Notes under the pieces: model-generated
What the model was told of the DNA's origin: nothing
The model's database searches: none
What the model saw: the letters and a program-made list of their open reading frames with translations, nothing else
Shown: piece by piece, positions 10,001 to 19,929 of the stretch
Layout: each line of letters starts with the position of its first letter
How positions within the stretch are numbered: the stretch's first letter is position 1
DNA from: Ginglymostoma cirratum
Lineage: Eukaryota
Length of the DNA: 64,000 bases
Direction: 5' to 3'
NCBI GenBank assembly: GCA_024137785.1
Contig: JAHRHZ010000067.1
Span: 6,294,422-6,358,421, forward strand
Position numbers and translations under genes: made by a program

Positions 10001-12517
10001 CATCAATCCTCAGCTCCAGGCTCACTGTGTTATTCTAGAGGGAAGAACATTTAATTGCTATTAGATTAGAGCAAAACCCTTTAGGAGTCTTGAAGATCAG
10101 CACTAATGTGACCAACCATCATTCTCTAGCTGGGAAGAACAAGTGGTTTCCATTCTCACTTGGAGAAAGAATCTTCTGTAATGCCTATCTTCCCATTCAA
10201 TAGAATGGGACCCCCTCAATGGGCTATGTTGAGGCTCAACTACAGTTGCCTATTACACAACCATATCAAGTCCACCACTAGAAGTATTAGATTGCTACCC
10301 AATAGCATTGAGTAGAACCTCCTCTAATATTGGAAGAGTGGATTCTGTCACTACATTCCCAAGAATGGAGGGGATCACTGACAATGGTAGATCTGAGCAC
10401 TCCAAATCTTCATGCCCATGTTTACCCACATGAACTTCAAGTCACACTGCCTCCTATCACAGGAAGGAGTCAGTCCAACCATCTCATCCACCCAAGAGCT
10501 TTATAGAGGTGACTAATTCAATGCAATCCTAGCCAATTGCCAGGAATTCCTTTTAACTGGCAAGAGGGCTATGTAACCACATGACCCACAAGGAGCACAA
10601 GATTACAGTATCTCCACTATTGGAGAATGCACATTTAATTGAGTTCAGCCTCATCACCTTTCTGCAAAGAAAACCAAGCTTTAGTTGTCCAATCACTCTG
10701 GATGTGCTGCCATTTGTTGCAGCAATGGCATTAAGATATTGCCATCAAGATGTTTCTGGCTATTTCCAAATCCACAATACATTAATAGAATTAAATCCTG
10801 TACTTACCAGGAGGTGAACATAACATCCTTTGTATGGAGTACTGAAAAGCAAGGACCCATCTGCTTGTGGTAGAATTGTATATGGACAGCTGCTGGGCAG
10901 TGAATGCAGGTCTCTTGGTATGCCATAGTTATCTATTTTAAAAAAAACAAACAAACAATTTTTAATCCAGGTGCAAAGGCAGTTTGAGCCAAACACGTTG
11001 TCTGGCTTGGTCACCTTTGCCTTTCTTCTTATCCAAGTTAGGACAACATACAGTCACCATCCAGCTCAGTACTTAGTGGACACAATTCTGTGTCCAGGGC
11101 CATGAGGCAGCCAGCAAGCTTCTCAGGAAGAGAAGGACATGGAGCACAAGTTCCACGCTTCCTGATCCTCAGTGCCAGGACCCATTCATGGTGTTCACAA
11201 TGAACAAGCATGATAGTTTAACTGGAGGAATGGGAATTGAAGGGGACATATTTTCAGTCTTAATGACGGCTGCAACCAATATCAAGCCAAGGATCAGAAG
11301 AAAGTAAGGCATGGAATTGGGGGGTGGTGGGGTGGAGTGGAGTGGAATCAGCCTTGATCTTATTCATCAGGAGGAGATCAGGCCCAAGTTAATTGGTGCA
11401 TTAACTCAGCAAGCTGAATAGAGGCAAAAACAATACAGTTATTGTTTTTCTATCTTTAAAGGCACTGTATAGAATGATAGATGGTGTTTCAACACAAGGT
11501 CCAAAACCTCACTATTTAGTGAATGGGCATATATTCAAACCCAAATGGAGGAGTCAAATAATCTTCCCAAATATCCCTTATTCACTGCAGGATGGAAATC
11601 TACAGAACTATTGACTAGGAAATCCCATTCTAGACCTGGAAAGTATTATTTCCACATACATCATTGTCTGAATGAAGGGCATTTTATAAAATTAAAACAA
11701 AAGAAGCCATTTAAGACTACCAAGATTCTTGTATTAGACCCCTATTTCAAAGAAAAACCCACACATTACATCCTTCAAAAGGTTAGTTTTAACCTAGAGC
11801 CAAAGTAGTTTGGCTTTGGATAGTCCTTCTGGCACTAAGTGCCAATTACAGCCAGTATAAGCTCAGTCAAAAAAGTTAAAAATGGGCCTACAAGTGAGCG
11901 TTGAAGCACACCAATAGCAAGGGATATAGTTTTCAAATAACAAAGAGGGGACTCCTAACATGGTGAGTGAAGACTTCATCTATTACATTGGACGAGAAAG
12001 GCAGAAGTAGTTAGAGGAGAGCTTTGGTTTAGCGGAGCAACTACCAATCCCAGTTTATACAATTTAATAGAGGCGTTTTGCAATAGATCACAAGCATCTG
12101 AGGATATTTGTTATTATAGATTACACTAGGCAAAAAAAAATAAAAACACCTCAATTGGAGAAAGGTAAATCCCCAAAGTGCACAATTAATTTTTTAAGAG
12201 GATGGTAGAGGCAGACGTATAGCGGAACACGAACTGAAAGGGTTTAAAAGTAGTTGGGTGGGGAGGCACTTGTTTCAAAGCATCCCCCATTGCTCAGAGC
12301 TTCATGACTTACCCACAATTGACAATCGAATGAACATCCCTTGAAACGAGTCATTGCGAATCCGCACCATAACTCCAGACGGCGCGCAAGTGATCTCCTC
12401 AGGATAGTCAAAATATCGCACTGAGCCGTAGCTCGGGCGCCCCCGAGGAGAATCGAGCGTCCTGACCCTGAAAGGGTGACTCCAAAGCAGCAGCAGCAAT
12501 AGGAATAAGAGCCCCAT
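3945..12517 (-). CDS. ZP4: ZPB-subfamily (ZP1/ZP4-like) zona pellucida/egg-envelope glycoprotein, 13 coding exons: 12313-12517, 10808-10932, 9920-10034, 8363-9043, 7649-7780, 7028-7215, 6840-6937, 6130-6257, 5869-6058, 4572-4719, 4420-4498, 4208-4336, 3945-4033. ZP1 vs ZP4 orthology unresolved
   Basis: Phase-consistent hand splicing (2307 nt incl. stop, 10-N gap included). Signal peptide MGLLFLLLLLLWS, ZP-N1, trefoil GCCYD, ZP motifs FRFPLDSCGT, GSITRESTF, LREPVYVEV, DCWAT, GCPY, VYFHCSVTVC, furin site RRMAR. Confidence 0.92.
4208..4336 (-). CDS. ZP gene exon 12 (furin site and external hydrophobic patch)
   Basis: RMARHSDF...GLVTLKRPIVLALAE; phase 1-1. Confidence 0.82.
4420..4498 (-). CDS. 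ZP gene exon 11 (ZP-C end)
   Basis: VYFHCSVTVCPLPDMQECATTCGAGR. Confidence 0.9.
4572..4719 (-). CDS. ZP gene exon 10 (ZP-C)
   Basis: CPYYKDNYLTQL...FPTHHKRFEVKTFTF...LSGE. Confidence 0.92.
4895..5400. mobile_element. Palindromic Penelope-derived insert spanning a 400-N assembly gap (ZP intron 9)
   Basis: 41-bp perfect inverted repeat at 4900-4940 / 5341-5381; same family as 1158-1325. Confidence 0.7.
5869..6058 (-). CDS. ZP gene exon 9 (ZP-C), ends in a GC donor
   Basis: EKSYSTWFADEDYPLVKFLREPVYVEVRLLHRTDPNIELVLNDCWAT...VLLHG; GG|gcaagta. Confidence 0.92.
6130..6257 (-). CDS. ZP gene exon 8 (ZP-N end, linker, ZP-C start)
   Basis: LHVKCHFSG...GVLQIEMRIAK; donor gtaagt. Confidence 0.9.
6840..6937 (-). 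CDS. ZP gene exon 7 (ZP-N)
   Basis: GDGLNITYSVDIVSKRKMQSGPRGSITRESTF; donor AA|gtgagc. Confidence 0.9.
7028..7215 (-). CDS. ZP gene exon 6 (ZP-N)
   Basis: IDCSHNGLFTIVVPRAATVPALDLDSV...FRFPLDSCGTTQI. Confidence 0.92.
7425..7557 (+). mobile_element. CR1 LINE 3' end
   Basis: gcatttaaacagtccttggata...gggcctgttctgtgctgtattgttctatgttcta tail. Confidence 0.6.
7649..7780 (-). CDS. ZP gene exon 5: trefoil (P-type) domain
   Basis: ICDVDAKDRVNCGNVTLEECNAKGCCYDPIKQIPCFYG, six Cys. Confidence 0.92.
8363..9043 (-). CDS. ZP gene exon 4: Thr-rich mucin-like TKEPV tandem repeat
   Basis: Open frame with 15 TKEPV units; acceptor tttccccaacag, donor G|gtatga, phase 1-1; 10-N gap at 8541-8550. Confidence 0.8.
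9920..10034 (-). CDS. ZP gene exon 3 (end of ZP-N1)
   Basis: NNTVSLELRIDGIDASRRIMVIERIPLSCTLPSLASVT; phase 0 to 1; donor gtaggt. Confidence 0.82.
10808..10932 (-). CDS. ZP gene exon 2 (ZP-N1)
   Basis: DNYGIPRDLHSLPSSCPYTILPQADGSLLFSTPYKGCYVHLL; ag acceptor, gtaagt donor. Confidence 0.88.
12313..12517 (-). CDS. ZP gene exon 1: signal peptide and start of ZP-N1
   Basis: ATG at 12517-12515, Leu-rich signal peptide, ITCAPSGVMVRI, donor G|gtaagt. Confidence 0.85.
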
Positions 12518-12549
12518 CTCGAACTGGTGATAGTTCTAGCAGCAACGCC

Positions 12550-12700
12550 CCACTCCTTTTCAAGGCAGAGACCTCAGCCCAGTTAATGATGTCTCAACTG
12601 CAAGTGAATTCCATTGGGCGCCATCAAATGGCAGACCAACCACAACTGCTCTTCATGGGGATTTAGCTGCATTCAATGATTAGTTAATCAACAGGGAAAT
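12550..12700 (-). promoter_or_regulatory. Putative ZP proximal promoter with E-box cluster and CCAAT box
   Basis: CANNTG at 12595, 12601, 12625, 12643; ATTGG at 12613-12617. Confidence 0.4.
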
Positions 12701-14279
12701 GTCAGTGAGGAGAGCTTATCCCATGCCAAGAGTGTCCCATCAAACAAATGACTCATACAGTGTAGTTACTTATACACATAGACCTCCTTACGGCTGGTAA
12801 GTTGGTATCAAACATTGTACCATTGACTCCAGTTCCTCCTCCTTGTCATTTGGGGAATTTGCACTAAATCTCCCACTAGTGGACAGAACCACAACCTCTA
12901 CTTTTGCCTCTGACACCTCAGTCATAGTCAGAGAGGTTTGCAGCACAGAAACGGGCCCTTCAGTCCATCTGGCCTGTGCCATCAAAAACAGGCATTTGGC
13001 TATTCTAATCCTATTTTTCAACGCCTGGCCCATAGCCTTGTGTGCTTTGGCATCTATTGTCAAATTTTCTGAATCATGATTTTCTCATCAATCAGTTCCT
13101 TCACATTTGAACAACATGTATCCAGAAGGCTTTCCGTGAATTATAACATAACAGCTAGAATTTAGAACCAGGGAGACTTGTATCAGGAATACACCATTCA
13201 AGCCCTTCAAGCCTCCTTCACCATTCACTATGATCATGGCTGAATCTCTTTCCCAATGTTGTATTCCCACTTTCTCCCCAATCCCCTTGAAGGCTTTAAA
13301 ACCGAAACATAGAACAATTTCTTTCTTGAACATAATTTGTTGACCTGAAACAGAATTCAATATGATTTCGAACAGATTCCATTATGGGATGATCCTGAAG
13401 AGTTTGCCACTGAAGTAAGAAAAGTGGCCGAATTCTCACCATCTCTTCTGCCTCAGATGACTATTGTGCATTTCCTCCAGGCCAGAGCGTTGGAAATGGA
13501 AGGATATCAGCAGGCAGCAACTCCTAAGATGATTGACTTCCATAGTCAACAGCAACTCCATTGACTAGGACATGTAGGCCAAATAGATGTGGCTGCATCC
13601 CCAAAGACAAATCTGTCATCAATAAGAGACCAGTAAGTCACCCACTCCCACCATACAAGGATGTTGTAGGCAAGACCTTGGGGTGACAAGGATTGGCGTT
13701 GGTGTGCAGAAAGTCCTTGCTGCTGATGGTAGCATCTGAAGACAAGTGCTCAGGAAGGTCATGGAAAAAGCAAAAGGGCAAAAGAAATGACCAGTTGGCA
13801 GAAATAGGTGCCCATCAGAAGGAAAAATATTGCACAATTTAGCTAGTGGTCGCTGCTGAGGGGAATTCACTCCAACAAATTGGTTTCTACAGGCAGAACA
13901 GACAAACTTCAATCCAGAAATGACAGTCATTTCAGCAGCAATCCTTTGTCTTCTTCAATGGACATTAATTAGGAGGCATCCAGAGAAAACTTGCCTTTTT
14001 ATATTGTATTTCACAATTTTGGCATTTTCCAAAGGAACATAGTTTTGATGAGGTAAATTTGTCCTGTGGTTAATATTGTCATGCAGAGAACACATAATGC
14101 CTTATAGTGATATTGATTGAAGGATGCAAATTGATTAGGATATCTCGGATAATTCCCCTGCTCTCCAAAATGTCATGAGAATTTTCCCATCCACCTGTGA
14201 ACGGATTATACCTAACCTTAAAACCTCACCTGAAAAATGGCACCTCTGCAAGACTCCTCAGTTCTGAGATGGGAATATT

Positions 14280-14632
14280 ATCGCAGAAACCTGCAGTGTG
14301 GAAACAGGCCATTCAGCCCAACAAGCCCAAAGTGCCCCCCCAAAAAGCATCCCACCCAGACCCATCCCCCTACCCTCTCCCTGTAACCCTACATTTCCCA
14401 TGGCTAATCCACCTAGCCTACACACCCCTGGAAACTATATGTAATTTAGCATCACCAATCTACCCGAACCTACACATCTTTGGACTGTGGGAGGAAGCCG
14501 GGGCACCCAGTGGAAACCACGCAGACATGAGGAGAATGTGCAAACTCCATAAGACAGTAACCCAAGGCTGGAATCAAACCCAGGTCCCTGGCTCTGTGAG
14601 GCAGCAGTGCTAACCACTGAGCCACCATGTTG
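14280..14632 (-). mobile_element. HE1-type V-SINE, inserted in an older Deu-domain SINE (about 13990-14725)
   Basis: Minus strand reads ggtggctcagtggttagcactgctgcctcacagagccagggacc...ggagtttgcacattctcc. Confidence 0.85.
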
Positions 14633-14804
14633 CCAGACTCTTGTGTTCATGTCTCTGAAGTGAGATTTGAACCTACAAGGTCCACGTCAGAAACAAGCAA
14701 AGTATCAAATTAACTACGGCTGAGGCACAGAAGAGCAGTCAATTCCTGTTTTAATTAGCTCAAGTCATCATTCTAGATATTTTTAATAAGGCTATTCACA
14801 TGTG

Positions 14805-14880
14805 TGATGGAGCAGGTAGGATTTGAGCCCAGGCCTTTGAGCCCAGAGGTGGGGGCACTACCACTGTACCACAAGAACCT
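14805..14880 (-). mobile_element. tRNA-derived SINE head fragment
   Basis: A-box TGGTACAGTGG and B-box-like GGCTCAAATCC. Confidence 0.5.
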
Positions 14881-15464
14881 GCAAGCCCCTATCCTAGAAA
14901 GTAGTTCCTGGGTTAGTATCTTTGCCAATGGGAAAATAAAGTGCATTCAAGTCAGGGAGCTAATCACATTGCTTCATGTTCCTGAAAGTGAAAAATATAA
15001 GGCTGGTTGGAGAAGGAGAGAGGCACAGCACTGGATTATCTTTAAGATGCAACATGATGTGCTCTATGCTTTTGATTGTAATTATAATTGTTGCATTCTG
15101 TGTGGTACGAGTTCCATTTTCTCAACCAATGCAACCAGAACAGATGAACCAGCCAATTGTCTGATTGCTGTGTGAGGCTTTGATGTGTGGAAACTGTTGA
15201 ACAAGTGACTGCACTTCAAAAAGGTAACTCATTGGTTGGAAGGTGTTTTGGAATGTTCTGAAGCCATTTAAAGTGCCTTATAAATATCATCAAATATCTT
15301 CCTTGCAGAAGTATGCTCCACAAACATTGGACTTGTTCTAAATCTTTCATTATCCAGGTACTGAGATATGTTCACACACATCAGGACACTGTCTATCAGT
15401 GCCGATGTAGTAATCATTCTTTTTGGTGGCTATGTACATGTAGAACAACTATAAGAGCCATAAA

Positions 15465-15910
15465 AATGTAAAAATAACAGGAACAGGCCATTCAAGCTTG
15501 CTATGCCTTTCCATAACATCATAGCTGATCTTTTACGTCAATCCCATAGTCCTGCATTTTCTGCATATCCCTTGAAATTCTTTGTATTCAAAAATCTATT
15601 GATCCCTGTCTCAAATTCAGTGACTGAGCATTCATATCCCTCTGGTATACAGGATCCACGGGCATTTGAGTGGACAAATGTCTTTCATCTCAGTCGTAAA
15701 TATTTATTCTGCAACAAAACTTTTAAGTTTAGGTTCCCAGTCGGGGAAAACCATGCTCGCAGCATCCCTCTATGAATCTCTTTAAAAATGTATGTGTTTC
15801 CAGGACATCATCTTTCAATCTTCCAAATTTCAAGGAATATACTCCCAATTGACTGAACTCTCCTCACAGGACAGTGTCCTCAGCCCAGGAGTCAGTCCAA
15901 TGACATTTGC
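15465..15910 (-). mobile_element. Degraded CR1 3' fragment
   Basis: aacaggccattcaagc...catagctgatc tail and decayed RT C-terminus. Confidence 0.5.
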
Positions 15911-16039
15911 TGTACTCCTTCCACGGCTTGTGTCTCTGGAGACCCAACCCAACGAGTCTCCACCCATCACAATCTGGCTGGGCTGAACTTGTACGCACAA
16001 TGAACAGCTTCTACTTTAACACAACTCCTTCTTTAAAGT

Positions 16040-16175
16040 AAAAACCAAAAGAACTGCGGATGCTGTAAATCAGGAACAAAAACAAAGTTGCTGGAAAAGC
16101 TCGGCAAGTCTGGCAGCATCTGTGAAGAAAAAGTCAGAGTTAACGTTTCAGGTCCAGTGACCCTTCCTCAGAACA
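16040..16175 (-). mobile_element. Short Penelope-derived insert carrying a minimal hammerhead ribozyme
   Basis: Related copies at 19297, 24888 and 38499 (gttgctggaaaagctcagcaggtctggcagcatctgtg). Confidence 0.7.
16139..16174 (-). ncRNA. Minimal type I hammerhead ribozyme motif, intact core
   Basis: GUU-CUGAGGA-A-GGGUC-ACUG-GACCU-GAAA-CG-UU-AAC. Confidence 0.6.
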
Positions 16176-16249
16176 GTTCCTCAGAATACATTGTAGCTGC
16201 AGCTGCTGGCTGCTCGTTCCACTCAACTTGGACCCCTCCTTAATCCCTT

Positions 16250-17090
16250 TATCCAGTATGCTGTATTGGTGCTTTCGCCCTGAACAGGAAAATTTCATCG
16301 ATGTTGCTGCCAGTTTACACCTTGTCTCACTTTCACATGATTCATCTCCATCTTTGGCGGCCCATTTCCCACATGAACCACCCTCTGTGTGAAAATGTTG
16401 CCCCTCGGGTCCCTTTTAAATCTTTCCCTTTTCACCTTAAACCTATGCTCCCTAGTTTTGAACTCCCTACACTAGGGAAAAGACCTTTGCTATTCACCTT
16501 AGCTATGCCCCTCATGATTTTATAAACCTCTATAAGGTCACCCTTGAACCTCCGACGCTCCGGGGGAAAAAAACCCAGCCTATCCAGTCCCTCCTTATAG
16601 CTCAAATCCTCCAGTCCTGGTAATAGCCTTGTAAATCGTCTCTGTACCCTTTCCAATTTAATAATATCCTTCCTATTGCAGGGTGACCAGAGGAAGTGGT
16701 AGATTTAATAGTAGTAGGTACAGTTACCACATTTAAAAGACATTTGGATGGGTACATGAACAGGAAAGGTTTAGAGGGATGTGGGCCAACGCAAGCAGAT
16801 GGGAATCATTTAATTTGGGAAACCCAGTCAGCGCCGACGTGTTGGACCAAAAGGTCTGTTTCCGTGCTGTATGACTCTATGACTCTACCTTCGTGCATTT
16901 CGGGGGATAGGTTATCAACATGTATTTATGATAAACCCACTGACTCACACAATTACCCTGACTACGTTGCTTTCACACTACTTTGTGTAAGAATTCCACT
17001 CTCCCAGTTTCTGCATCGCATCTGTTCTGATAATGCAACTATCCATACCAGTATTTCTGATGTGCCTTCTTTTTTACCTCAACTGAGAGA
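16250..17090 (+). mobile_element. Penelope-like reverse transcriptase remnant, interrupted by a CR1 insertion
   Basis: ISGDRLSTCIYDKPTDSHNYPDY...IPLSQFLHRICSD matches the PLE RT thumb motif (YxKPT...IPxSQxLR...ICS). Confidence 0.65.
16352..16887. mobile_element. CR1 LINE 3' fragment with inverted 5' part
   Basis: Minus segment ERVQRRFTRLLPG...GDLIEVYKIMRG; plus segment TTFKRHLDGYMNRKG then the ctatgact tail. Confidence 0.85.
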
Positions 17091-17114
17091 GATTGTCTCT
17101 GTGTACTGTTCACA

Positions 17115-17530
17115 GCTGACTTTCTGACTAAATTTTGTGTCATCAGCAAATTTGGATCCAGCATACTCAGTCTCTTCAACTAAGTCCTTGATATAGATTA
17201 TAAGTGACTGAGGAGTCGAGGACAGACCACTATTTTAGCCCACTACATATAGACTTGCAGCCCCATAAATAACCATTTATTCCCGCTTCCCACTTATTTG
17301 GCAGTTAACAAAATCTCAATACAGAAGAACATTTTCCCCCCCATTCCCAGGACCCCTACTTTTTGTGTAATAACCTCTTCTGTGATAACTTATCAATTGT
17401 TTTTTTGAAAATCCAAATACACTATATCTGTTGGTTTACCCATGCTCACTCTGTTGGTTATGATCTCAAAAGACTCTAACGCATTTGTAAGCTATGATTC
17501 CCCTTTCATAAATCTGTGTTGACTCTGCCT
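17115..17530 (-). mobile_element. CR1 RT fragment
   Basis: KFADDTK motif on the minus strand near 17130-17152. Confidence 0.65.
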
Positions 17531-17564
17531 AATTACTTTACCTCTCCTACCCTGGTTATACTCT

Positions 17565-17825
17565 CTTCCACCCTCTTCCATCAGGAAGAAGATACAAATT
17601 TTTGAAAACAGGTACCAACAGATTCAAGAACAGTTTCATCCCGCTGTTATCAGACTTAAGAATGGACCTCTTGTATATTAGAGTTGATTGTTATCTGCAT
17701 ATTCTCTGTAGCCCTATTTTCTGCATTCTGTTCTATTATCTGATATACTTATGTTAGGTGTGATTTTTCTAGTTAGCACGCAAAACAATACTTTTCACTG
17801 TATCTTGGTATAATAAATCAAATCA
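17565..17825 (+). mobile_element. Rex1/Babar-like LINE 3' end
   Basis: LPSGRRYKFLKTGTNRFKNSF motif and aatcaaatcaaat tail. Confidence 0.6.
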
Positions 17826-18880
17826 AATGATGATGTTCGAAGTGCTCTGTAATTTGAAAACTGTAATTTTACACTTGGATGGTTAAACCAGTCGATGACT
17901 TGAGGAGTAGAGGAACATGTTGCTGAGGTTCTTTCTTTGTATTTGGGAATCAGGTGTCATGGTTCTATGTTCCACGGACTGCTCTGGGGTGACCATTAGA
18001 GACTTCTTCATCTCCTGGTTTGGTGTCAAGTATCTGCATTTTTCTGTGGATGAAGCATAGAGGTGACAATGAGCTTCACAGGATCAAAAATCTGTAGCAA
18101 GACCAAGCTCTGTCAATAGTCTTTTTTTTTTTGACATTCAGTACGAATAAAACTAATCAAAAAAAAAAGTCTAGAGTGCATGGAGCCAGGTGAAGAACTG
18201 TGACCTGTCTGCTGGCATCTACTTGTGGAATCTTGATTGTGAACAAGCTATAACTATCTAAATTATTTTTTGATCAAATGCTGACCACACGCAGATGCAA
18301 CTATATCAATATTTACAGGGCACAGCAGTCCTGAAGTGAAAAGCAAGGATTTTATTAAATATCTTATTAAAACTGATGACATGCAAACTCTTGTACTTTT
18401 TAAAGGTTGATGATTTGAACACTATACTTGCCTTTGGTAGGATGTCAGGTTGAGATTTTGTTGAATAATATAGCGGACACATTTTACAGGCACATCTTTT
18501 ACCAGTAAGGATGCATTAGATTGCCCCAATGTTGGCAACAAAAGGTCATTAATATGTCTTATCCATTAAAGCAATAATAAAAACACTTAAAAATACAATG
18601 GAAGCTCATCAAATTAAAACATAATATTACACCTGGTGACCATTCAACAATTCAGTTCTTGCAGTGCCCAATTAAAAGATTGCAAGTGTAGCTGTAGCAG
18701 TAATTCCCCAAGTTTGATGTTTTAAAATATTCTGAGGAAGGTATTGTTGAAGAGTATCGTTGAATCCATTCAATGTCAACCATCCATTGTGGGCATCTAA
18801 GTTCTTAATGATTCTGCTGCCCTCCCTAACTGTCTCTCTATGGCCCTTTATTTCATTGGTACTCCTGCTGTATTTCAAAT

Positions 18881-19081
18881 AACGTTGACATAATAGGTCA
18901 GGCAGCATCAGAGGAGCAGGAAAGTCAACGTTTCGGAGTGCTGATGAAGGGTATAAATCAGAAATGTTGAGTTTCCTGCTCCTCTGATGCTGCCTGACCT
19001 GATGTGTTCCTTCAGCTCCACACTGTGTTGACTCTGACTCCAACGTCTGCAGTTCTTGCTATCTCCAATGTTAACACAATA
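18881..19081. mobile_element. Palindromic Penelope-derived insert with a hammerhead-like core
   Basis: 40-bp inverted repeat at 18895-18934 / 18961-19000; CTGATGA...GAAA in the centre. Confidence 0.7.
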
Positions 19082-19282
19082 ATTTATTTTTATCCCTCTG
19101 ATAAGTGCATAACGTGTAGATCGCAGTCATTGCATTTAGCTGATGAATGCTTAGCTTACAGTAAGTAAGCCAGAGTAATAAGATGCACAGAGGTTATGAA
19201 ATGGGCAAAGTCAAGATACAATAAATTTACCTGTGAATTTATAACTCGTGAGTGAAGCAATTGAGGGTGACTTATAGTCCTG

Positions 19283-19412
19283 TCAAGAGTGGAAATAAAA
19301 ACAGAGATTGTTGGAAAAGCTCAGCAGGTCTGGCAGCATTTGTAGACAGAAATCAGAGTTAATGTTTCGGGTGCAGTGACCCTTCCTCAGACCCTTCCTC
19401 AAGAGCAGAAAT
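19283..19412 (-). mobile_element. Short hammerhead-bearing Penelope-derived insert
   Basis: CTGAGGA-A-GGGTC-ACTG-CACCC-GAAA-CA-TT; flanks tcaagagtggaaat / tcaagagcagaaat. Confidence 0.65.
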
Positions 19413-19929
19413 GTTTATCAGGTCTCACTGTTGCCAATGTCCCTTCACGTAATGTGGCCAAATTAAATCCTTCTAACAAATGGTAAGCATTAAGAGTGGG
19501 AAAGCTTCCTGATTAGGCTTGTGATGGAAAGCCTTGTCTATTACCGTTGACACCTGCAGGCTACAACATGCATGATAAGTGTATGTTGTCACAGCAATCC
19601 AGAGCCCTCATAACAGGGGTTGGGACCTTGATGGCCTGTGTCGATTCGATTGTCGCCGACTGCATGAGGTTCGATCCCTGGTCTGGGCGAGGCAGATTTG
19701 GGACCTGACCTCCTGATGGAGGAAATTGTGGTGCTGTGAGATGAACCTGCCTCCAGGAAGAACAAAGAAGAAACATTATTGATTTTACATGCTGATCGTG
19801 GGTTGTTCTTTCCATAGAGTGGAAACACTATTTGTCTGCATTCACAGAAGGTCAATGGGAATCTATTACATAAATGGCGAAATATTAAGGGGTACGTCAG
19901 CCCTAGGACATGTATGTATGTGTACAAGC

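Noticed and set aside
14197-14650. ORFs containing LHIFGLWEE / VCTFS motifs (also near 20150-20414 and 44224)
   Set aside because: Recurrent translations of HE1 SINE sequence
19600-19720. tRNA-like B-box GGTTCGATCCC
   Set aside because: No cloverleaf or proper A-box; probably a SINE remnant
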